64,000 nucleotides of DNA, taken from contig NC_087251.1 of the NCBI RefSeq assembly GCF_037042905.1, positions 10,728,001-10,792,000 of the forward strand, written 5' to 3'. Shown here one piece after another: positions 1 to 15,303 of this stretch. The notes below the pieces were generated by a model. That model was not told the DNA's origin and did no database searches. It saw only the letters and a list, made by a program, of their open reading frames with translations. Origin of the DNA: Lytechinus pictus. Taxonomy: Eukaryota. Made by a program: the position numbers and the translations under genes. Within the stretch, counting starts at the first letter, position 1. Each line of letters begins with the position of its first letter.

Positions 1-2016
1 ATTCAATTGGTGTCATGGTATGCTGAAGGCAAATAGTTCTCAGTCCCTACCATGATCTCATTGAGCAAACAAATGCTTGTCATTTTTCTTCTTGACTACT
101 ACATGTATATTGCAGATTCCATTACAACATAGTTCAATGGTATGACCAAATGTACATAGCACTTCACTGGGGTATAATCTTGAGCAAATGTAAAATCACT
201 AATTATGGTATATCAGTGATCTGACATTTGCGAATAGCAGGTTGAGGATTGGGGGGGGGGGGGTGGTGGTCACTTCCATCAAAGATAGGACAGCGGATCA
301 AGAATTGTCCTGAACCCCCCCCCCCCACCCTAAACGAGTATTCATTCGAAGGCTGCTAGGGTTAGGACACCCTAACACAGATTTTATGCAGATGTCCCAG
401 ATTTGCATACTCTTAACAGGGATTTCATTAATTATTGGGATAACCTAGATATTCCCTTTTTATACAAGCACTTTGCACTGTGTATGTAGTTTTACTTTTT
501 GGGGATTTGGGTTTGGGTTGAGATGCAGGGTAAGGATTTCATTTTGAATTTGGACTTTTTAATCAAGCTTTTTATTGAGGTGTGGCATAAAGGATTCTCC
601 ATTCATGGGGTTTACAGTTGATGCATTAGGTGCAAATTACTTACACTCTTTGTTTTAGATTTTTAGGAGGCCGTGTTTCCATTTTTGAGTTGTATTTCTT
701 ACATTTTCTCCATGTTCTGCCCCTATCCCTGAACCTCTCCCCCTTTCCATCTCTTCTTGCGACTGATGTCCAATCTTCGATAGAAGTGGGTCAAGTGACC
801 CCCGCCCTCCCCGTTTGTGTTGATAGTTTGACCTAATTGAAACTGAGTTATGGTTATCTGGTCAGAAATTCAGAATAAAATAAATATCTCAGATGAAGAC
901 GAGCTTGCCTTCAAATGTTATGTTAAAATTTAGGTTTATTGACATGGTGTACTGTAATAACTGTATATAAATTTTCAGTTGATTTTGTTGAGTTTATGTA
1001 TTGGTTCATGTACCATGAATATCGTAAGCATGAATGTTTGATAGACTTTTTGAAGTACTTGTGTGTAAAAAGGCTTATATTTAGATATAAACATCCTGGT
1101 ATCGGTTTGCATGCCTCTTGGCAGCGAATTTGATTTTGATTGTTTTTTTTTTGTTCAGATTACCATTGAATAGTGTATATATTTTTATATTGTTTTTATT
1201 TGATTTATTTACTAATATTAGTTCTTTTAATTCAAGTACATCCGTTCATGTCTTTAGGTTAGTTTGAGTTGGGAGTTAAATTTGATCTAATTAATTTTTA
1301 TGGTAATGTTTCATTGATTTTGAGTGTTCATAAGTTTGGATGGTTTTTACTTTTTTTGGTTTTATTTAGTTGAATGTGAATAGGTTGGATATTGGATGAT
1401 CTGTTAGTTGGTTGAATGTAGTATAGTGTTACCTTTTATTCCATTAATGTAAGCAAGATGGATAGAGAAGACAAGTAAGTTTGATGTATATTGTGTATTG
1501 TACCTGTACAAGCGATCATCAGATGGGGCTTATTTAATAATAATGATTTATTTTTTATTGGTATATTAATGCATGCCCGTGTAATTGTAAATCAACATTT
1601 TGGGATTCTTTCTAAAGTTTCTATGAGAGAGCCGAGTAATTCATAGGGCTTCTCTATGTAACTGAATTACTAAAATATTTCTTTCATAACTTAAGTAATT
1701 TGATTTATTAAAGGTACATATGATACTGTTTGTTTCAAATTCAAGTTATCTAGCAGTTCATTTTCAATGCCATGTCATCAAAGCAACTCCTCCACAAACA
1801 GCTTCAGCTGCTTCCATCTGGGAAAAAAAACTCTTGAATTTCTGAGAAGGCATAAAACACTAAATCATATTTCTTTATCATTTTCAGCAAGCTTGAATGG
1901 ATATCAGCATCACTCTCTAATTGCATTCTTCTTTACCATTGAAATGTTGACATGAATAAATTGTGAAGAGTTAATTTTCTGACATGCTCTTTATATCCTT
2001 TCTTAAAATGCTGCAG

Positions 2017-2224
2017 TCGTAGACCTGGTTTACTGGAGGGACTTGAAGAAGTCTGGTGTGGTCTTTGGCAGTATTCTCTTTGTGTTGATTGCCCTGAGTC
2101 TCTTCTCCTTCATCAGTGTGGTTGCCTACTTACTCCTAGCTGCACTCACTGTCACCATCAGCTTCAGAGTCTACAAAACTGTACTTGCCGCTGTGCAGAA
2201 GAGCGATGAAGGAAGCCCATTCAA
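2017..2224 (+). CDS. RTN: Reticulon RHD exon (208 bp)
   Basis: ctgcag|TCGTAGAC...CCATTCAA|gtaagt; encodes [17 protein letters not shown]...SPF. Confidence 0.96.
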
Positions 2225-5200
2225 GTAAGTCAAATTCACCCTTACCATTCATCGTCTTCACCCTAGGGGCTGTTTCATAAAGCTGTCAAAAGGTTACAAA
2301 TGACCTCACACACCATTGGTGACACTTGCTTGTTCTACGATATGCCTCTGTATATAGCTGACTTTAAGCAATGTTCCAGTCGTGTGTAACGACCAGCTTT
2401 ATGATACACCGTGGGGGTGGAACATTTCACTGACATTTTTGTCTGACAAGTCATCTAAGAACTAACCTTGGTTTTGATTGGCTGGGAAGCATAGATGTCT
2501 GACTGTTGTTATGGTTACAACCGAAGAATGAAATAATCAGTGCTGACAACTTTTCAGAAATGGTCCCTTTCATGCCAAAGTAACCAATAGGCATTGGCGG
2601 TACGCATCAATGCCATAGACCTTCGATTGTCTGGTATTTAGTTAGGGTGTGTTTATGCTTCCACTTTTCAGGCCAGAATCAGCGTTTTCATTATGTGATT
2701 AGTCCAAAACACGGTCGCATCCATGCTTACTTTCATTTAAAAAACGTTTCAGAATGCTGATCGTAAACTTACAAAAAGGTGCGTTTCAAAACATTGTTTG
2801 ACCAGAATCAGGGTTTATGGGGTAGTATAAACAGGACAGGACCATGATCGTAAATGTGTGTAAATGACATAATTTGGTACATGCTTCCGGTGAGATGGAA
2901 ATCAGCGGGCAAATACAATCGCATGGTTCTTACAGGGAGTTACCTCCACGGAATTACCTCTCAACTCCCTGGTTCTAATAATGACCAATGTACATTTGCA
3001 TGTGATTATTAGATTAAGTACATGTACTATCACTATTACTGTTTGTCTAATTTGTCATCAGGGGTTACAATTATCCTCACCATGGTGGACATTCTATGGC
3101 TATGTCAAGTAGCTCCATGCAAATTTTACTAAAAGATTGGAAATTGTTCAGAGTTAAAATAATAGTGGACCATAACAAAACTCGGGGGGAAAAACTTTCA
3201 AAAAGGGGCGCATCCGATTTGACCTCGCTTTCCTGCTCAACTAAAATTACGATGCAAAGCCAATTGCAAATCGCGATATTGCACTCCCAGAACCACGTTT
3301 CTGATCGGCATTCTGAAACGTTTGAAAACGCTGATTCTGTCTCCGCAATGGAAGCATAAACACACCCTTAAACAGATTGGGTGTGACCGACATTGTGATG
3401 GAATAGGAATACGGTAGATGTTCATGAACTATTGCATATACTGTCTTGAGATCTACAGCTTTAAGAGTTGATTTATTCATTATATAGGCCTAACTTTACC
3501 ATGTTAAAGAATAGACCATGTTCAGATTTATGACTGTTATTTTCTTACATTTTCAAAGGCCTACAATCAGTCGGTATACTGGTTATGTTTCTACTTTGCT
3601 CAGATGGAAAGTTTTAAGTCATTGATATGTTCTATAAATATTGCATTTTAGTATCGTGCCATATATAACCTGGGAAACTCCGTCAAAATATGAGGGCTTA
3701 AGAAAATATATCCCCCATTTAAAAAAAGGAGCAATGCATTAATGGCTAGCATTTTACTGACTGCTGCAATGAATAGAAACCCCAGTTTGTTCATACTTTG
3801 TGAGTTTGGAAGATGAAGAAAAACAATGTCAGAGAGATGACCACAATACCCTTCTCCTCCCCCACCATTCTAAGAAAAATATACAGTAGTACATGGTATA
3901 TAGATGTGTTTTTATTTGCGTTTGTGGTCTGCCAATTCAGTGTTGAAAAGACCTGGACATTGTCCAGCTCTGCAGAAGGCTACTGTAATCTATACTACCG
4001 TTGGGAGGAAGCTGAATAATATGGATTTTCCTCTGAAATGTAGTTCTATTGAACTTGTTTTGCTGGATCGAGGTTGTTTATCATCCATATCAGCTGAAAA
4101 TTGTGTTACATGTAGTTAAATTCAGCCAGTTATAACTCTCCTGCAACTACGGTATTTGTTTACATGTATGGTAGGGCTCTACAAATTTGCTTGCCCAGGG
4201 CTAATGACAAATAATGAAAGGGCAACTTTATGGTAATTGGGCTAGAAAATACAGTAAAGACATCATGAAAGTAATTGAAAAAAAAATAGAATAACACTCA
4301 TAGAGACATTGCAAGCAAATTGTTATTAGTAATGACTAGGAACATCACTTTGGTACACCAAATATTTAAAAATAGAATTCATGTCATCAGACAATTATCA
4401 CCATTATATTCCTTTTCTCCTTTTCTATTCCTCCATCATTTTGTCACTTCTATATGTTCCTTCTTTTAGGCTTTTTGATAGTAGTATTTGAAGTATTTTT
4501 AACCCATTTGTTTTTATTCTTTTATTCCACCAGACCCTACCTAGAGATTGATGTGACATTGTCAGAAGACCAGATTGAGACATACAGCAAGAAAGCTGTT
4601 CAGAAAGTCAATGTGTGCATCACGTCGCTCCGACACCTCCTCCTGGTAGAAGATCTTGTAGACTCCATTAAGGTAAGATGATCAATAGCCACCTTTCAAT
4701 TTCATACAGGTTTTCAAATTGAGAATTTATTTATAGATTCTTATTCTGTGCACATAAATTGATGTTACTTTTTGCTAGAACACAGTTTAAATTATCTGTA
4801 GTTTGGAAACTACTGGTACTTGAAGCCTTTGATTCTATTGAAGATTATACATTAATGGAGATGGTGTATGTCGATTTGCAATAGATGTATCAGCTCGACA
4901 GTCTTCATCAAATGTTGACTACATGCTACATTGCTGAAGTAAATCTACTTGTTGTATTGATAATAAAAAGGTGTTTTGTTATTTTCCTCCCTCTTCAGTT
5001 TGCTGTAGCTTTGTGGCTTCTCACCTATGTTGGAGCTTGGTTCAATGGACTTACACTCATCATCCTTGGTAAGATATGAAGGAAGATTTGAAACTATTCT
5101 TTTACCACAATTCTTGTTTAAATCATGTTAATGTTCTTAGCAAACTGTTTTAACTGCCTAAACAGGAAATACCATCAAACCCCCCTTTTTTCTTGTAGAT

Positions 5201-8200
5201 TACCAAAAAGAAGATGATTTTGCATTAGGAACCTTTTCAAATGTACAGAATTGCAAATCTTGAAGAGCCAATAATGATGCAGTATTCAAATAAATAAGGT
5301 TGCTTGAGAATTACATACCCATTATGTAGAGATCTTGAATTGGAAATTGGAATTTCTCATTTGGAATTTGAAAATTGAACATTGAAACTTGAGAATTTAA
5401 ATTTAAAAATCCTTCCAAGTCTCTGCTGTGATTAGAGTAGAAAAACTGACATTATCTACCTTCACATTAAACAAAAGTACAATTGTCCTGTAAAATGACA
5501 TTAAATCATAGGTCTGAAGGGGTCTGTGTCATAATGGCAGCAAGATTTATATGTTGTCATAGTATGCTTCGTCTTTCATCATGTTAAAATAATTGTGAAC
5601 TGTGTTTGAACTGTCTTCAGATGTCATGTCATATCAATTGCAGTAGAGATCCGACTCTTTTCTCATGATAAATGGTGTATGATTATGATTTTGGTCAATT
5701 ATCTAGTGATTCACATGATATTTTAAAACAATAGAGAAATAAATAATATGATAAAGATAAAAAATAACAAACAGATGTTTTTAGAATTAGACAGATAAAA
5801 GCGCAAGGAAAGAAAGAAGCTGATAATGGCTGAACAATTCTCCTGTTCATGTATCATGATGGATAACAATTAGTTATATCCAGTATGCTACTTTTTAGAG
5901 AACAAGAATTCATGACATCTTAGTTTGTCTTTCTCTAGCTAATTAGTAGCATTTTTCTCCAAGTCTATTTCTTGATGATATTAAAATTTCAACTATTTTG
6001 TGTAATTCAGTTTAAAATCAAGCTTTGACAACATTGAACAACTATGTTAGCATTAATTCATAAGGATCTCCCAAATCATTGTTTGATTGAGATAAGACAT
6101 GGGACAGAATGTGATTTTTTAACATAAAATTCTTCAGTATTTTTTAAAATGCCTGCTTCAAGAATCAATTCAATCCATAATGTTTAAAACTTTTCAGATG
6201 AAGAAAATGTCTTGCTTGCCTGGTCCCCATTTGAAAATGGGATAATGTTGTAATGATAGCTTAGCACACATGTATCACGTTACTTGTCTTAATGTACCAT
6301 GGATGTAATTCAATTCCTTCAGTCTACATTTGATAGTTCAAACATTGACCTTGTCAGTTCTTGCTATGTATTTAATAGCAAATTCATTTCTTAAAACTAA
6401 ACTCATGCTTTGATGTTACATATTGGTTGCTAATCTAAATTCTTCTTAATTCTGGGTTCTATCTAAATTGAATTAAATGTCAAAAACTATTTAGTTTATA
6501 AAATATTAAATTGGTTTATCATGAATGCTCCACTGCTGGTCAAATACCTGGTTATTCTAAAAGTCAGTTAGTTGTAAGACAGGAATAACTTTAAAAAAAT
6601 GGTGAATAGCCAGCACTTTTCATAAAGTGTCATAAACATACAAATGCTGATGCCAGATAGATCCATGTGAGATTAATAACTTAATTTCTGATAAAACACA
6701 TGCAGATGGTGATGTGACATTCACATCATGTGTAAATGTAAGACATTGATGAAATGTGTGTCAATTTATCAATGTTGGATTCAACGCTTTCATACTTTTG
6801 TTTATTTTATTGTTTTTTAAATATTTATCTTTTTTGTACAGCATACATTGGACTATTTTCCCTGCCCGTTGTCTATGAGAAGTACCAGGTATGTCTATTG
6901 ATAGGCCTATGGGCAATTTTTATATTTGATATTAGTCCATGTGAATTCATACTTATTCTAAGTGTATGCATAGAATGATTTTATTGTCAGGAATGATAAA
7001 TGCAGCTTAATGTTGAGAGAACTGCTTTCTTCTTGTTATTGAGAGTAGAGATGATTTTGAGACAATTTCAAACAATAGTGTTGGTTTTCATTGTTGGGGC
7101 AAAACATATCCCTGCCACATCATTCAAAGTGAAATGAGGCTTGTTTGGGGATTTAATGTCACCTGACGTTGAGCTATGAATAATGTAATGGTGTAATTGT
7201 CCAAATCCATTTTAATACTCAGTTTATCATTGTGATTCATACCCTTAACACCCTTCACCAACAACCTGAAACCTATAAAGCCAATATTTGGCATACAGCT
7301 ATTTTCATGATTTTATTTATGAACTCATTCAGCTTTTCCACAAATCTGTTATGATGTAGGTTTTGGTTGCAATGTGATGTGATGTAATTTCATTACACAA
7401 CATTGGGAATATACTGGCAATAATATTCATGTAAAAGTCATGAAAGTATAAAAGCCTTGCAAAAAGTTGAAGCTTACATGTATAGTGTTCAGAGTTTGAT
7501 CTTGGATTTAAATTGGGGGGGGGGGGGGATGGACCCATTTAGATTTTTTTAGTGACCAAATAATAAAAAAAGTTATCTTCACCAAAATAAGGCCTAATTA
7601 TCAGCATAAAATTTTGGTAAGCCCCCCGCCCTCCCTGTTTTTACTTGAAAAAGAAGGCTATTTACATCCTTTCCTTCAACTGGGGTAGTAGATTGTGTGC
7701 AAAACACTGGCTTTTTTTTACATAGGGTACTAGTTATTTACATTTCTTTTGGCTAAATTGGGACACATGTTACTTCCCCCAGATCCTCACTTTATAATTA
7801 TTGCCATGCATTATGTTGAATTGATCCCCTTTTGTCACATTCAAAATATTGTCTTTATTAACATCAGAGGTTGAATCCTTTATTTCAATTCTCCATCCAA
7901 TCAATGTAATCCATTTACATGTACTTATCTCGGACCCTTTACTTGCTGAAACTGTTCTCTTCTGTACAAAGCCTACCGGGTACATGAATTTCAGAATTCA
8001 TTAGTCAAGAGATTGTCACCAATTCTTTCTTTCTCTATTATTCAGGCTCAGATTGATGATGCTGTTGGAAAGGCACAGGAGCAGATCAATACAGCTCTGA
8101 ACAAGTAAGATGTTGTTTCTAAGTTTAAGATTGATTTGAAAAATGCTTTTAAAAAGAGTAGCAGTCTGTGCCTTTAAGAAAATTATTAATTATCTTGAAA

Positions 8201-9201
8201 AAACAGTACTCAGTTGTTACAAGTGCATTGCTTTGAAATATAGGGTCGTGTTAAATATTGAAAACGGCTGACCAGCTAAGAACAAAGGATAAATCTCTAT
8301 ATGTTCTTTAATGACACTTGCAACTTTTTATTTTAATAGAAATGAATGGGTCACTTTCCCTGTGGACATAAGCCAGTTTTTGCAATGGGCAACGAGAGCA
8401 TGTTTAAATGATGTCAGAAATTAATTTGCATACACGTGCCATGGCTTGCCTGGTGCGGGCAGGACTTACAATTGGGATGGAATCTCACTCAACCTGAAGT
8501 GTGCTGAGCTGATCTCATGCAAAATTGCTAGTTAAGGTCTACCAGGTCTATAGAAATAAAATGGTGAATTTACATCAAGTACAAGATTTAAAAAAACTCA
8601 CCGCCATTGTTGAAAAGGCATTTGCCAATTTAAGATCCAAAAGGTATTCATAAACTAAAAACTGCAGAAGTTGCAAAGTGTAACAAGTGAACTTAGCTAT
8701 CTTTTCATATAGTTTGTACGCATGGGTCAAAATTTATTTTTTCACAAACGGTTGAATAAGAGCACTACAGTAATTGGTCGATTCTATGCCAATGTATCGT
8801 GGCTGGACTGAACACAGTTCTGGCTGAGAACCATTCTTCATTTCAGCGGTATGGAAGAATTACTTGAATTGGGGGAACCCCTGCTGAGATTTTCCAGGCG
8901 ATCTCTGCCCGTCGTACTTGTCAGAACCCCCTAATGTCATATCAAGTGGTGCATTAAAGAAAAAAAATATGACCATGACATCCACCAATAACTCAATGAA
9001 AAGGAAGTAATTGCATGTTAAAATATCAATCTCTCATTGGGATATTAATGCACCTTGAATCTTTTAAATTTTATATACTGTAGAGTATCATAAATAATGA
9101 TTTTTGCCATGTCATTTATATTCTTACAATTAATGATAATAAACATATCATTTTATAGCATCAAGACCAAGATTCCATGGCTCAAGAAGAAAGAGGACTA
9201 A
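2017..9201 (+). CDS. RTN: Reticulon (RTN family), C-terminal reticulon homology domain; six coding exons; 5' part lies upstream of the window
   Basis: Exons 2017-2224, 4534-4672, 4999-5068, 6842-6888, 8046-8104, 9159-9201, all AG/GT bounded, join in frame to [18 protein letters not shown]...SPFKPYLEID...[80 protein letters not shown]-terminal di-lysine ER-retrieval-like tail. Confidence 0.97.
2645..3367. mobile_element. PIF/Harbinger-type MITE in reticulon intron
   Basis: Perfect TIRs GGGTGTGTTTATGCTTCCA / TGGAAGCATAAACACACCC with 3-bp TTA on both sides; no transposase. Confidence 0.8.
4534..4672 (+). CDS. RTN: Reticulon RHD exon (139 bp)
   Basis: caccag|ACCCTAC...ATTAAG|gtaaga; [13 protein letters not shown]...VEDLVDSIK. 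Confidence 0.96.
4999..5068 (+). CDS. RTN: Reticulon RHD exon (70 bp)
   Basis: cttcag|TTTGCT...CTTG|gtaaga; [23 protein letters not shown]. Confidence 0.96.
6842..6888 (+). CDS. RTN: Reticulon RHD exon (47 bp)
   Basis: gtacag|CATAC...TACCAG|gtatgt; [15 protein letters not shown]. Confidence 0.95.
8046..8104 (+). CDS. RTN: Reticulon RHD exon (59 bp)
   Basis: attcag|GCTCAG...AACAA|gtaaga; [19 protein letters not shown] (not in ORF track). Confidence 0.93.
9159..9201 (+). CDS. RTN: Reticulon terminal coding exon
   Basis: ttatag|CATCAAG...[22 protein letters not shown]. Confidence 0.93.
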
Positions 9202-12200
9202 ATCCCAGGGAGAAAAAAAAAGAAGAATTATGGACCCGTATAGTGAAAGAGAGCTAACATAGCAGACCATATAACAAGAAGTCATCATGTCTCAGAATGC
9301 TGTTTAAAGTCTATTGTATGTGAACCAAAGGATAACAAAGCCTACTTGCCTCCTATCCATATTTAAAAAATGTGCCATAGACAATTATTGAAAATCTAAA
9401 GCTAACCCGAATACGCAATGTATAAAATGAAATTAAATTATATATAAGCTCTATTTACATTTCAAAAGGAATCAGAAACAACAGTTCGATGATGATGTCA
9501 TCTCATATTCTGTCATGTAATTTTCAGTGGTTATGAGGTGGCAGAAAATAGTCTAAAATGTATAGAGCCAACATGCTTGATCATTTTCAAAATAAGCATT
9601 TCATTGTAATTTACCTGATAAATAATTAATACATCTTCTATCAAACTTACGTAATTCACTATTGACTAGGCTTTTATTTCTTGTGCAAAATGACATCTGT
9701 TTATCATCACTGTTTTATTTGCACGAAGAATGACATTTTTAGAGGCTGGAAAGTAAGCTGCTTGTGAATAGCAACTGGATTTGCCATAACAAATAAAAAT
9801 CTTTTGGAAGACAAAACACATTTGTTTTTCCATATGCTGTTGGTTTTTTAAAAGGCTAACTTTCATCATCAGAATGAAGCTCATATTATAAATTACATAT
9901 GTTGGCTCCTCATCATTTGAGGTTTATATTACAAGAAATAAGAGTAAGTCCAGTCAAATACGTTGATTTGAGAGAAGGATGTAATAGTAACTTTTACCAA
10001 TTGACAAGTTTCTTTGTTGAGTGAATGTATCCATTTACATGTATGTCATTTTGATATTGATTCATGCTAACAGGTGTTTAACACCCAGTTGAAATTTCTA
10101 TTTAATTCTTGGCCAACTTGCATCATTTTTTTTTTTCAAATTTAATTCCTGAAAAAACTTAAAAGGATAATATTGAAGTTATGATATAACTTCTACAGAG
10201 AATTACAAACATGTGAAACAAATGCCTATGATAACTCCTTTAAGTTTGGAAAGAGAGCATCTTTGAAATTATCTTTAGGTTATTATCAATGATAGAAAAT
10301 GAAAGGTGGAATCATACAATATTTCTTTGAAAATAGGTTTGGAATATCTTATAATTGGTTAATATCTTATATAAGGTAAAATTTCTTGTAACAAAGACAT
10401 ACGCTTTGTCATTATGAAGAAAAGGACGGGAGAAAGTCAATATCGGAATATCCCTTTTCGGATGATATCAACATATACATTTGAGAAATGTTGTACTTAA
10501 AGGATGTACTTGTATTTCTTTCCTTAAAGGTAATCTATTGTACATGCAGTGAAAGCATTTGGAATTATTATCAATATTGATCATGTAAAGAAATAGGTCC
10601 AGATTGATGTTGGTTAATTTAGATTGGCCTCATATGAATTCAGTATACTTGCTAAAAGATCTTGCCAGCAATGGAATTAATGTTACGCTCATATTGGACC
10701 GTATATTTATGTGAGCTTTATCACAATATGAAAGAATGATTTGGATGAGTAAATTACATATTGCACAAATTTTTCCCCTATTTCATTTGGCAGATATGTG
10801 ATTCTAAAATTTGTTTGAAACCATCACAGTTATTAAGCTCATATCAAGCATTTGCAGCAAAGAATATTGTAAATAGATCTGCTAGAATGGAAACACTTGT
10901 CATATATTGAACTTGATGATTTAAAGTGTTTGTGTGTTTCTGAAGGCTGCTCCATGTGTAGCAATGTAAATATTCCGTATATGTGAGTCCACACTACCAG
11001 ATCTCTTCAGATAATGGATATCCAATTCGTAACTCACATTTAATGATTTAAATCTGTGTCCAGGACCTGGTCCCCATTTCACCTTTCATTTATTACTCAT
11101 CTCATTAAGAACAAGACTGCATAGCATCTTAGTTTGCCTTTGTATTGCTACTCCGTACAAGTACAAATTTGAATGAATTGTTTTGAGATAAGACCAAAAT
11201 TGGAATTGACATAAATGATATTGTATTAAGCTGTTGAACTCTTGATTACCTTTAAGGGTAGGAATAAGATAATTCACAGTATTTGTTTATACGGTGTACA
11301 GTGCAATGCAAGACATAGTCAACCTGTAAATTAGTTTTCAATGTAAATTAAGAAACCTAGCTTTTCACTTCAATTCAATTAAATGTGTATGCATAGATTA
11401 ATATTCATGTAGTTCATTTAGTGTATAGTGTATGATATGCATTAGCTTGAGTGATCGATAAAGATCTCGTAAAGCAACTTCACAGACATGTAATTGTATA
11501 GCTGATGACTGTACATTGTATCAAATGTGAATTAATGAAATAATATGAATCTCTGCTGTAAAGGTGTATTTCTTTGTGTTCAAATTGTTTGGTTACAATG
11601 TGTTTGTGTAATTCCAGTTAAACTGTATAATGATCAGAATTGTGCGTAATTGATATTTGCAGTCTTATTGCGGTCACAAAAAACTTTCCAATCCCTAGAT
11701 ATCTGTTGTCAGTAACACTTCAGGGGTGAAGGGGGCGGGGAATCTCACATTTAAAAAATATTTATGTATGGTGTACAATGGTCAGTAAATGCACACAAAA
11801 AAACTTTTGGTAAATTGAGTCGTCGTAAACTTCCAATTCATCTTTCATAGAGTGTTTCTTTATGTAACCATTTTGCAAAAAAATAATATATCATTATGTG
11901 CGTGTGAAGTGTACGTTTTAGTGGATTTGTTAAGAATTTCAGGCAATTCTAATATAGCCAAGTATGTACTGGAGAGCTTTTTCATAACATTTTTACAACC
12001 GATTGATTTTTAATTAGCATTTTTCATGCCATTTGTTAGACAATCTTAGATGCATAGAAGTGGCATTACTACATGCTGTATTTTTCTCATTTCATAAGTC
12101 AAGAGATTTTTTTCCTTGCTGATTATAAAGGTATAAATCACATCACTCAGTTTAAGGCGATGTGACAGTGTACATTTCTTTATGATTGCATATTTTGTTT

Positions 12201-15200
12201 CTATCTGAAATGATACTTTTTGTTTTTAATTTCGTTGTAAAAACTGAGGTATTTCTCTTGCCCCTTAGATTAATTCATTCATTTTTTCTTCTTGAAAACT
12301 GAAAATCTTTGAAAGGAACTTGTATGTTCTTTTTTGAAAAAAGTTGGCTTTATTTGCAATGTGCTTAATGTGTATTAAAACATTGCAAGATGAAATCAAT
12401 GAATAAAAAATGCATTGTTTGTTCAATGTGCCCTCAAGTGATTTGACTGCCATTGGTTTCTTTGTGTTGTGTATCAAAGCTAATTGTTCAAATATCATAT
12501 AACGTTGCACTAAAAACACATGTTAAACCTACACAGAGTTTGCTTAAATCTTACTGATGGAGCTACCTCAAAGATGGTTAGCCACAACAATTGATAATTT
12601 GGGAATCAAATATCACTTGTTTTCTAATCAATCCATCCCCGAGATGTATTCAAACCAACAGACAATGTGATAACAATATATACAACTTGATGTCTTGGAG
12701 ATGACACAATGGCATCTCTGTAAACAAAGTATAGATACAGAATAATTCAACCCCCATCATATGAGTATGTAATATTGATAAAAATTCAAGTTTGGATCTT
12801 TATGAAATGAAAAATGAGAAACAAGCCGAATTGATCAAATTCAAGACCTGACAACAGCCTTTGATTTCGTCAACATGAGGAACCCTGTTCATTCATTTCA
12901 CTTTCAGGTGTAAAACAATTAAAAATATATACATGTCTTCAATTAAGTTGAATTAACTAATCTGATTCATTGAGCAAATTAATGTCATTTTGATTTTTTT
13001 TTTTGGTGATTTCTGATGCATAAATTTCAAACTTTCCAAGATCATGACTTGATCATTAAAAATTTGATAGATGAAACAATATCCTTTCATTTATAACGCA
13101 ATTCTTTAATTTATTTTTTATTGTTTTTCCCGTTTTCTTTTTCCATTTGGTACTAATTTGCTTGATCAACCATATATAACTTAGCCCATATAATTTACTC
13201 AATTAAGAACAAAACCAACATAATAGAATATGTCTACTCAAGCATACCATGGGAGTTTAATAACTTCACAAGACATAATTTTGTATCAAAATGCAGAAGT
13301 ATCCAATTCTTTCTCTCCTGTAAGAGTGATGTTTGCCAATAATTTTCCTCTTATTTTCCAGTTTTACCCATCTATTAAATGTATTATTAAATAATCAAAC
13401 AACAATAATATGATTTTTCTTCATTTTATTAATGAAATACTTTTCTCCTTTACAGTTCTTATTTTCAAAAAGTCATACAATCACAACTGTTATAACCTAT
13501 TTATAAAGCACATATGATATTTGGAACCAAGACATGAAGAAACCTGAACTTTGATTGTAACATTAAAATTACTTATATGTTTGCATGGATGACATTTCTT
13601 CTAACTGTATATGATTAGAGCTTTGAGTAAATTGAAATTAAACTTCATTGGTTGATATAACGAATCCCACTCTTACGTGGGGGTGAAAAACATGCTTAGA
13701 TTAAAAAATTCTTCTTCACATAGAAACCTTTGTTTCAATTAATGGCATATTTTCGCTCATACACAAACCATAGATCTACATTGATGTAGATAAAGCCAAG
13801 TTAACAATGTTTCTAGTGGGAGGTGAGAGCATAATGAATAATTTTAACCCTTTTGTTTCCTCCTGGGGCCCCTCAACACACAGCTTTGCGAATGACAAAG
13901 TTCCTCTTTATTAATCCAAATCAGAAATTTGTTTCATTCACAAAAGTAAATACTGGTAAACATCTCAATACCATATTAAACACAATGCAATAAGATTTGT
14001 AAAAGTGATTGAACAAAATGGTAAATACAATCAATCTTATAAATCAGCTATACAATCAGTTAATTGGTTTTGTGTTCATAGTACCCTGTTACAATTACCA
14101 AGACATTAAAGTAACATTTCACTGTGTATTGTACATTATCTAATTTTATTATATGTTCCAAGTTGGACCTTTTCCTTGCTAATCAATTTTATATCTTTAC
14201 ATTATCTTAACAATAGCACCATCAAAGGAATGAAAAAAGAAACGTAAGTGACAACAATACCATCTCGCAAATTGTTTGTAGTATTATGAGCATGCAAATG
14301 CACTGCATTATTAGCACACATTATGCCACACAAGTATGGCAATTGCAGTCTCCATTTCTATCTTTCTACGATATAACTGTATTATATTATTCTCTATCGT
14401 TTTCGTCACCTTAAACTATTAAGTTCAGGGGTGTTGTAAAAAACAACTGAATATTGTATTACTTGAGAATTAATGTGCTGCTGCAATCCACAATGTCTTT
14501 TTTTTAAGATGAAGTGTCATATAGAGGAATGTATAACAAAAACATCAAATGATAAAATTATACATCTTGAGAAGCTAGACTTTCTTTTGGATTTGTGATA
14601 AATAACATGACAGGAGGATTAAAACTTTAAGCTACAAAATAATACTTCTATGAGCATACACTACTTGAATCCTAATGAATGTAATAATAACTACAAAACA
14701 TCAATAAGCACACAATAACACTGGTCTGATATAAAATTAGAAAATGTCATTAAAATTAAGAAAAGTATTTTGAATACATCAGTAACTAAATAAACATGCA
14801 ATTCAACCAATTAAATGCAGATTTGGTCTCCTCATTCAATGTAGCTAAACAAGTAGAAATATATACAAGTAGTGGTGAATTACAATGCATGAAATTCATA
14901 TGGCAAATGTCTAATTTGATGACTGAAATAATGATTCACTGTACCACAAGTCACATTGGTAGAAATGACAACAAAAATGGCAATCAAATCTTATTTCCAT
15001 AATTGCAAAAATTTATTTCATTAAATTTGTTGGCAAAACTGATTAAAAACTGTTACTCCTCTGAGTCCAGTACATTGCAAAGTACAATCTATGTTGGATT
15101 ATAAACATCAAATATATTTTGACCAGATCAGTACAATCCAAAAAGCAATGCGACCATTAACCTTTTGTGGTTTTATTTCTTCATCCAGCTTCCCTCGATT

Positions 15201-15303
15201 ATTAAAAAATAATGTTCAAATTGAAATGCTGAAAATGTAAATTTGCATAGGGTTATATGCTGAAAATTTAAATCACCACTTTGCCGTCGCCTTCTATTTT
15301 TGT

